Origin: Eledone cirrhosa
Taxonomy: Eukaryota
Reading direction: 5' to 3'
Assembly (NCBI GenBank): GCA_964016885.1
Contig: OZ024743.1
Span: forward strand, 19,964,001-20,028,000
DNA: 64,000 bases
Program-made: the position numbers and the translations under genes
Shown: in pieces, positions 56,974 through 64,000 of the stretch
Layout: each line of letters opens with the position of its first letter
How positions within the stretch are numbered: the stretch's first letter is position 1
The notes under the pieces: model-generated
Database searches by the model: none
Told to the model about the DNA's origin: nothing
Seen by the model: the letters and a program-made list of their open reading frames with translations, nothing else

Positions 56974-57716
56974 CTACCTGGCATTTGTCGATCTCGAGAA
57001 AGCCTTTGACAGAGTTCCACGTGCTATAATCTGGTGGGCTCTTAGAAAACTAGGAGTAAATGAATGGCTTGTGAAAGCTGTACAAGCCATGTATAGGGGA
57101 GCAGTCAGCAAAGTTGGGATTAGCAATGAGTAATGCGAGGAATTTAGCGTACAGGTTGGTATCCACCAGGGCTCTGTTCTTAGCCCTCTTATGTTCATCA
57201 TAGTCCTGCAGGCAATAACGGAGGAATTTAAGACCGGATGCCCATGGGAACTCCTGTATGCTGATGACCTCGCACTTATAGTTGAATTTATGGTAGAACT
57301 AGAGAAGAAATTCCAAACTTGGAAGCAGGGACTAGAAAGAAAGGGTCTCAAAGTCAACTTGACAAAGACTAAGGTCCTTGTAAGTAGACTAGAAAACAGA
57401 ACCAAGATCCCCTCAGAGAAATGGCCTTGCTTAGTATGTAGGAAAGGTGTAGGTAGGAACTCCATTCTCTGCCCCAAATGTAAACAATGGGTACACAAAA
57501 GATGTAGCGGGATCTCAGGAAGCTTAATTAAGAATGTAGGCTTCATATGTAGCAGCTGTGCTGGGACAGCAAGCAGCAAACGGCCACAGGAAACAAGTAC
57601 CACCAGGGCTCTGTAGAAACAGTAGACAGCTTCTGCTACCTAGGTGACCGAATTAACAGTGGAGGTGGGTGTTCAGAAAGTACAATAACTAGGGTAAGAA
57701 CGGGATGGAAGAAGTT
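56974..57716 (+). pseudogene. Second RTE LINE RT fragment with the same PHD-type finger
   Basis: AFVDLEKAFDRVPR, GIHQGSVLSP, LYADDL and CLVC...CPKCKQWVHKRC...CSSC; one stop and a deletion. Confidence 0.9.
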
Positions 57717-57744
57717 ATATATATATACCATGTATATATATATA

Positions 57745-57822
57745 CATGGTGTCCCAAAATAATGTATACACACTTCAACACCATTCTAATAAAAGTGTGT
57801 ATGCATTTTTAGGGACACCCTG
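57745..57822. mobile_element. Tc1/mariner-type MITE
   Basis: TA-ca(t)ggtgtccc...gggacaccctg-TA, almost fully palindromic. Confidence 0.75.
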
Positions 57823-59689
57823 TATATATCTACATTATATTATATTAAACGACGAGGTTAGTTAGAGACTAGAAATCACTCTCCTGTAAATGACTCAAGA
57901 CAGCGTTAGACATCGAGAATAATATTATTATTATTATTATACATTACATGAAAATAAAAGTGATTTATTACTGATGACTATATGTTTAGCTCTGCTCAAA
58001 AGTATTTAGTTCAATTGGTGGTATCTATATTTAAGAATAAGAAACAATGTTTGGATACATGTGTTCTCTAGCCAGGGATACAGAATAAGAAGAAATTCAA
58101 TATTTTATTGAATCGAATAAGAGAATTTATGCCAGAGGAATTGTGGTGAGAGAGATAAGAATGGGTAAACTACAAAACTACATTATTTATAATGTGATAC
58201 AGAGAGAAAGTAAGAAAAAGTTAAGTTGTATAGGGAATTAGAAGAAGAAGAAGAAGAAGAAGAAGAAGAAGAAGAAGAAGAAGAAGAAGAAGAAGATATG
58301 TATTGTTTTATGTTTGCATGTATGTATATCGTGGGTGGAGGGGTGGGGGTGACTTGTGTGTTTATGTATATATGCATATGAATATGTGATAAAGACATTT
58401 ATATATCCATGAAAAGACCGAATTATTGTACCATTCTGAAAAGCTATGTGTATGGTTTATGAGCCTATATAGGATATGCTATGTAATTGTTCAACCTGCA
58501 GTAAATAGCAACACAATTTTCTGCAGATAAATAAACTTCCATTTAAAAAAAGGAAAGGTACATTAGTCAATGTATTCTCAGATATGTATGGTCCCATAAC
58601 TCCTGAAGGAGTTGTAGAAATGCTGTATGTCAATACAGGGTATTTTTAAGCCTGGCAGAGCCCATCTCCTTTCCAGGTCTGAATACAGCAGAATTCTTCT
58701 AAAGAAGGATAGCAAGTGACAGAATGGAGGTGTGAAAAAGACATAGAGGAAAAATTGACTCCAGTATTAGACTGGTACTTTTTTTATCGACTTTGAATAG
58801 ATGGAAGAAAAAGTTGACAGTATTATTGTCCAAATAATTGTCATCACTACGCCACCTAACACTTTCATTCTCATCATACCTATCGTGATCATTTCCACCA
58901 CTACCATCAATTCTTATTCATAAAGCAATTGCTAATATTCTAAAATAGTTTATAATATTTCCTAATATTTTTGTTATCATTGATTACATATCCAAAAAAA
59001 TTAAATAAAATCCAATTTTAAATTTTAAAGTCTTTTGTTTGTTTTTTAATACATTTTTACTATCATTAATCTTGATTCCTTTCTTTAATACTTTATTTTC
59101 TTAATGCACACACACAAATTACACATGCTAAATTACATACGCATACACTCTCATATAAATATTTTATTGAAGCAGAATCATTTAATGTAAAAATTTAAAA
59201 GCCTTTCAGTCATTCTTGATTGATTATCTTCATTTGAAATCTGTAAAAAATTTAGATCTCAGACAAATCTCCTCCAATTTTCAGTTAGGAATCTATTCAA
59301 AGAAGTTATATTTGCCAAGATTCTTCCCTAATTATTATTCTCAATTCCACTTGAATTACTAACAAATTCTTTAAACTTACTTGTGTTACTTGCAACAAAT
59401 CAAAACATTTAATTATATATTCTGTATGATAATTCTAGTTACTACAATTGGATTATTTTACTGAACATTTAAATGAATCTCAAGCATTTCCTGCATTTTC
59501 TAAATAGATTGCTTCTAATTTTTGTTTCTATTTATTTTATTTGTCATCATTTTGTTGTTTATTTATGTGAGATTTTATGGTTCTATTATGTTGCTCTCTC
59601 ATTCTCTCACCTTTCTTTCTCTCATCCTCTCTCTCTCACCCTCTCTCTCTTTCATATATTGAATGAAAATGCTGCATCTATATAGAATT

Positions 59690-60090
59690 TCCCAACTCAC
59701 AAAATTGAACTCTATGGTCAGGATCATCTTCGTTTAGTGCGCGGATTAATGTTGAAATATAACATTTTCAAAATGCAATGAGTGCTTGATTTGGAGATTC
59801 CTGTCATAATAGCCATTTGCCATACAGATTTCTGTGCAGATCAGAGAAGGGTTTCTAACAACTGTTCTTCCTATGCGAGTGTGGTTTATGACAGTGGTCT
59901 TCTTGAACATTGTTTATGGACGCCATGCACAGTTTCATCTACTTCAAACTTATCTCTGATGTGAGCATGGGGCGTTGTGTCGGAAGAACTTTAAGAAAAT
60001 GTCTTCTAAATATTCTTTGCACTTCCATGATGTTTTTGTGCTTCCAATAGTACTTTATTATAAATTTTCTTTCTTTAAAATCAATCATAC
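59690..60090 (-). pseudogene. Degenerate Tc1/mariner transposase N-terminus (DUF4817-like HTH)
   Basis: Minus strand ERKFIIKYYWKHKNIMEVQRIFRRHF, RDKFEVDETV, GISKSSTHCIL and ALNEDDPDHRVQFCE. Confidence 0.75.
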
Positions 60091-61359
60091 TTCTGGCATT
60101 ATTAGAGTTGATACAGACTGAATGAGAGACACATGCAGGTAGATAGAAAAGAGGTAGTGATGAAGAGGGGGAAAGAGAGAGAGTGAGTCAGATGTCAGAC
60201 CAGCCGACAACAAATGAAAAATGTGGAAAAGTTTTAGTTAGTTTATTTGAGAGAGGATGAGGTGGATTGTGTGAGAGCTGAAGTAGTTTTTCACTTTCTC
60301 TTTATAGACAGCATGAGGGTTGAGCAGACAGTATCAATGTGCTAGAAATAGCAGTAAATTCTCCCCCAACTTGCCTCCTCATTTCATTTTCAGAAAATAA
60401 GTCGACAGTGAGCTTGATGGGGGTTGTCAGATGAGTTGAAAAAACATGAAAAACCTTAATCATTATCAATATTATTTAGTGTTATTAGTGGTCAACGTTC
60501 AAACAAACAAACTTCCTTTTTATAAGGATATGTGCATGTGTGTGTGTGTGTGTGTGTGTTATATGCTTATATGTTTTGCACAGTTGTGTATCAAAAGTGT
60601 TTGTCATCATTCCCTGTCACCATCTGCAGCATATTGTGCACTAACATCAGATTTAGTTCTTTCAAAGATTTCCTATTTTGTGTGACTTCAGTTAGTTCAC
60701 ATATATTTAGACAAGACATTGAATTAAACTACCTCAATTCTAATTTTAAGTGATAACATGCCATATTTCTTGCATCTTTGTGTATCTGCAAGTCAACCTG
60801 GTATTGTCAATATTTATTCAGGCTGGTACATGATTGAAGTAAAATGAAAAGAAGAATTTGTTTCATCTTTAGTATATAGATTCTGGTTGATCTTTTTAAT
60901 GTTTCTTTTTAATATAATTATATTTTTTTTTATAATTATAAACCTTAGTAAAAATATAAATAAATTTAAACAAATGGCTGCTCATCAGAAGATGAGTATC
61001 TTTACACATCAAAAATAGCTTATAAAAAATCTGCTATTTCTATCAAATAGAAGCAGTCTGATTTTCATAATGTGCTTTCAATAGTGATTTTAACATTATT
61101 TGAATGTCCAGTAAAATTGGCTAATCACAGCTATTCACAGCAGTATGGTGCATGTAAACTGAACGCCACTATAGAAGGCATGAGCAAACAGTATATTTCA
61201 TGTGGTTTTAGACAAGTATTGTCCAATATTTGGCCTGCCTGACTTAGAAATGTTAGGTCTGATAACAGTTGATATATCTAACACTTCAAGCTGGTCATAA
61301 CTTTTACCAAATTTGTTGAAAGTTTCTAGCTTAGATATGAATTTGGTTGAATCAATAAA

Positions 61360-62080
61360 GTGAGTGACTAAGAATGCTATCCTGTCTCATTCAAAGTACA
61401 AGCACCTTTTTCATGGTGTAGGAGGCAAATTTGATATAAGACCAGTGAGAATTACAGTAGATAAGAGTGTTAAGCCCTACAAAGCAGCCCATGCTGAGTT
61501 CCGGTTGCTATCAAAGGCAAATTTAAAAGTGAACTTGAAAATATGGTAAACTCTGGTATAAAATTTGGATATTGTATGTAGGAGAGGCAAAGAAAGGCAT
61601 CTCTTTGATGCACTTAACTGTTTAAGCAAACATGCAAAACATGATGGTCAAACTATAAAGAAAGTGGATGTTAGCATTCACAATGTTCACTTTCTGTTTC
61701 CTCAATCAGACTTGAAAAAGTGCAATAAGCTAGATTCCAAGACCCTAAATTGTTGATATTAGTAATACATAAGAGAAGGATAACCTGATTCTACCAATGA
61801 CTGTGCCAAAAGTGTTCGTGAATATTTCACTTATTGAAATAAGAGTAGTTGATTGCATTGTCTGTGAGAACAACAGAGTGGTAATTCCTAAGTGAATGAG
61901 GCCTGAAGTTCTTCAGCTATTACACAAAGCCTATCTTAGAATCACAAAGACTCTACTCTAGGCAAGAGAGTGTATTCTGGCCTAGGATCACACATGAAGT
62001 AACAGCATTAATTGAAAGATGTCATGCCTGTCAAGCATCTCACAATAGACAGTTCTTGGAACATTTGCAAAGTTCCATGG
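61360..62080 (+). pseudogene. Degenerate Ty3/Gypsy pol remnant
   Basis: YKHLFHGVG..ITVDKSVKP, RGKERHLFDAL, and RVVIPK*MRPEVLQLLH...WPRITHEVTALIERCHACQ (integrase zinc-binding region). Confidence 0.7.
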
Positions 62081-63417
62081 CAGACCATCTGCTTAGATAC
62101 TTCTCAATTCTGAGATTTATCTTTTCTAATTTCAGTAGACTGTTATTGTCTTTTTGTCACCATGAAGCACACAGCTCATTCATGTGCCAAAACAAAGCGG
62201 GTTCTTACTATGTTACATATACAAAAAAGGAGATGTAACATTATTTAATGGCCAGTAAAATCAGCCAATCACAGTGCATGCTAATTGTTTCTCCTTGTTT
62301 GAACTCATTGTTTTACAATATAAAGCTTAGCCTGCAGCCATGTTCGATACAAATAAAAACAAATTATTTCAATGATGTAATTAATTTTTACTAATTATAC
62401 ACATGAACCACACAGTGTATGTTAAAAGATATAACTTAAAAGTAATATACTAACATAATAATAACAAACTATATTTACATTTGTTTACATTTTCACTTCA
62501 AGTCTTATAATTTAAATATATTGCATTATATCACATATATTTTAAATATGGGTTTTTCATTTGAAAGTTGTTTGAAAATTTGTTAAAGGAGAATTAGCAG
62601 CTAAACTGATCAGATCAAGTAACTACATAAATGTTACCTTATTAGCTGTTAAAACATTGTTTAAATCTTCAAATAACTTAATAGCTTCTACAATTATTTA
62701 TTATTACCATTACTATTTTTTCATCATTATTATCATCGTCTTTACTTTGACTTTTCCATGCTGGCATGTGTTAGATCGGAAGTTTTGAAGCAATGTTTAG
62801 CAGACTCATTACCCTGATTAATACTAACCCTTTCACCACTTCTTACTGCATGCAGGGATACAGGATACAATGCACTTATTCAAAACTAGATACACACTGT
62901 GATATTATCATTGTAATGGTTTTCTTTCTAAAAAGCCACTTTACTTTGCTATCAACTGAAAAATCTGATCCTTTTAATCAGTGCCTTGTTCGATAATTTT
63001 ACACTTGATTGTTGATGGACCTGCAATATATAAACAGATTCACACAAAATGATGGGAGGAGGGAAAGGGTGGTGATGCTGATGATGATGATGATGAGGAT
63101 GAGGAGGAGGGGGAGGATGATGATGATGGTTATGATGATTATGTGAGTATGGATGTATGTATGTATGCATGTGTGTATGTATATATGTGTATGAATAGGT
63201 ATCATTCAATTTAAAGTTTACCTTAGTTGCTTTAGGCATCATGACAGAGAAATTTAACTATAATAAATCTTGATTTAGTTATGATAGGCTGCACCAAATT
63301 TTATTCTATCTTGATTTATTGTCTTCAGGATACCTTTGGGGAACATCACATAATTCATCTGCTGTTAATACCTTCTCTCTATCCCTGCTACTTCTTCTTC
63401 TCCTTCCCCAAATCCCC

Positions 63418-63493
<76 letters not shown>

Positions 63494-64000
63494 ATATATA
63501 TGAATATATATATGTATATGAAGATGTTTATGTATATGAATAAGTATATGAATATATATATATATGTATATGAATATGTATATGAATATATATGAATATA
63601 TTATTACATCATTTTCAATTTTATATAAATATTTATTATTTAATTATTTTTGAAAATTTTGGAAATAAATACACCTGGAAGGTGTAGAAGAAATATGAAG
63701 TGGTGATAGTGAATCATATATTATATTATGTTATATTATATTATGTTTAAGCTTGAGATAGCATAGGCAGGATTTTATTTCCCTACAAGTCAGTTTGATA
63801 ATGTTTTATATCAAGGGGATTGAGAAACATTAAATATTTCTGACAGTGTGCTATTAGGAATCAAGTTCTCATCAGTGACAAATTGTATCTATGATGATGT
63901 AGATGAGATGTGTGGATTTAATACTGTGAGATCTAGAAAATTGGGAAATCTAGACATGCTCACTTAATGGTTAGTTGTAGGTGTTATTGTTGTTTAGCTC

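Overview
Gene-free, very AT-rich animal genomic DNA dense in (TA)n, (GA)n, (CA)n and (GAT)n microsatellites. The repeat content resembles octopus/cephalopod genomes, but that is inference. I could not support any host gene exon; most ORFs in the track are translations of microsatellites. The coding signal is all transposon-derived: one intact 1168-aa R4/Dong-clade non-LTR retrotransposon (RT + CCHC + restriction-like endonuclease); remnants of at least three Penelope-like element (PLE) types, including a nearly full-length Naiad-type copy; RTE LINEs with a PHD-type finger inside the RT; CR1, Gypsy, Tc1/mariner and Helitron remnants; and SINEs and MITEs. The most notable structure is non-coding: more than 20 intact or degenerate type I hammerhead ribozyme (HHR) motifs, read by eye, in small elements sitting inside (TA)n tracts. 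These include a near-identical 311-bp tandem array ending in a perfect fold-back (retrozyme-like), a U3-A8 core variant shared with a PLE 3' end, a recurring pyrimidine-U mismatch at the base of stem II, and a GYACTCAA hairpin shared by otherwise different families. Folds and alignments were made by eye and need computational and biochemical confirmation.
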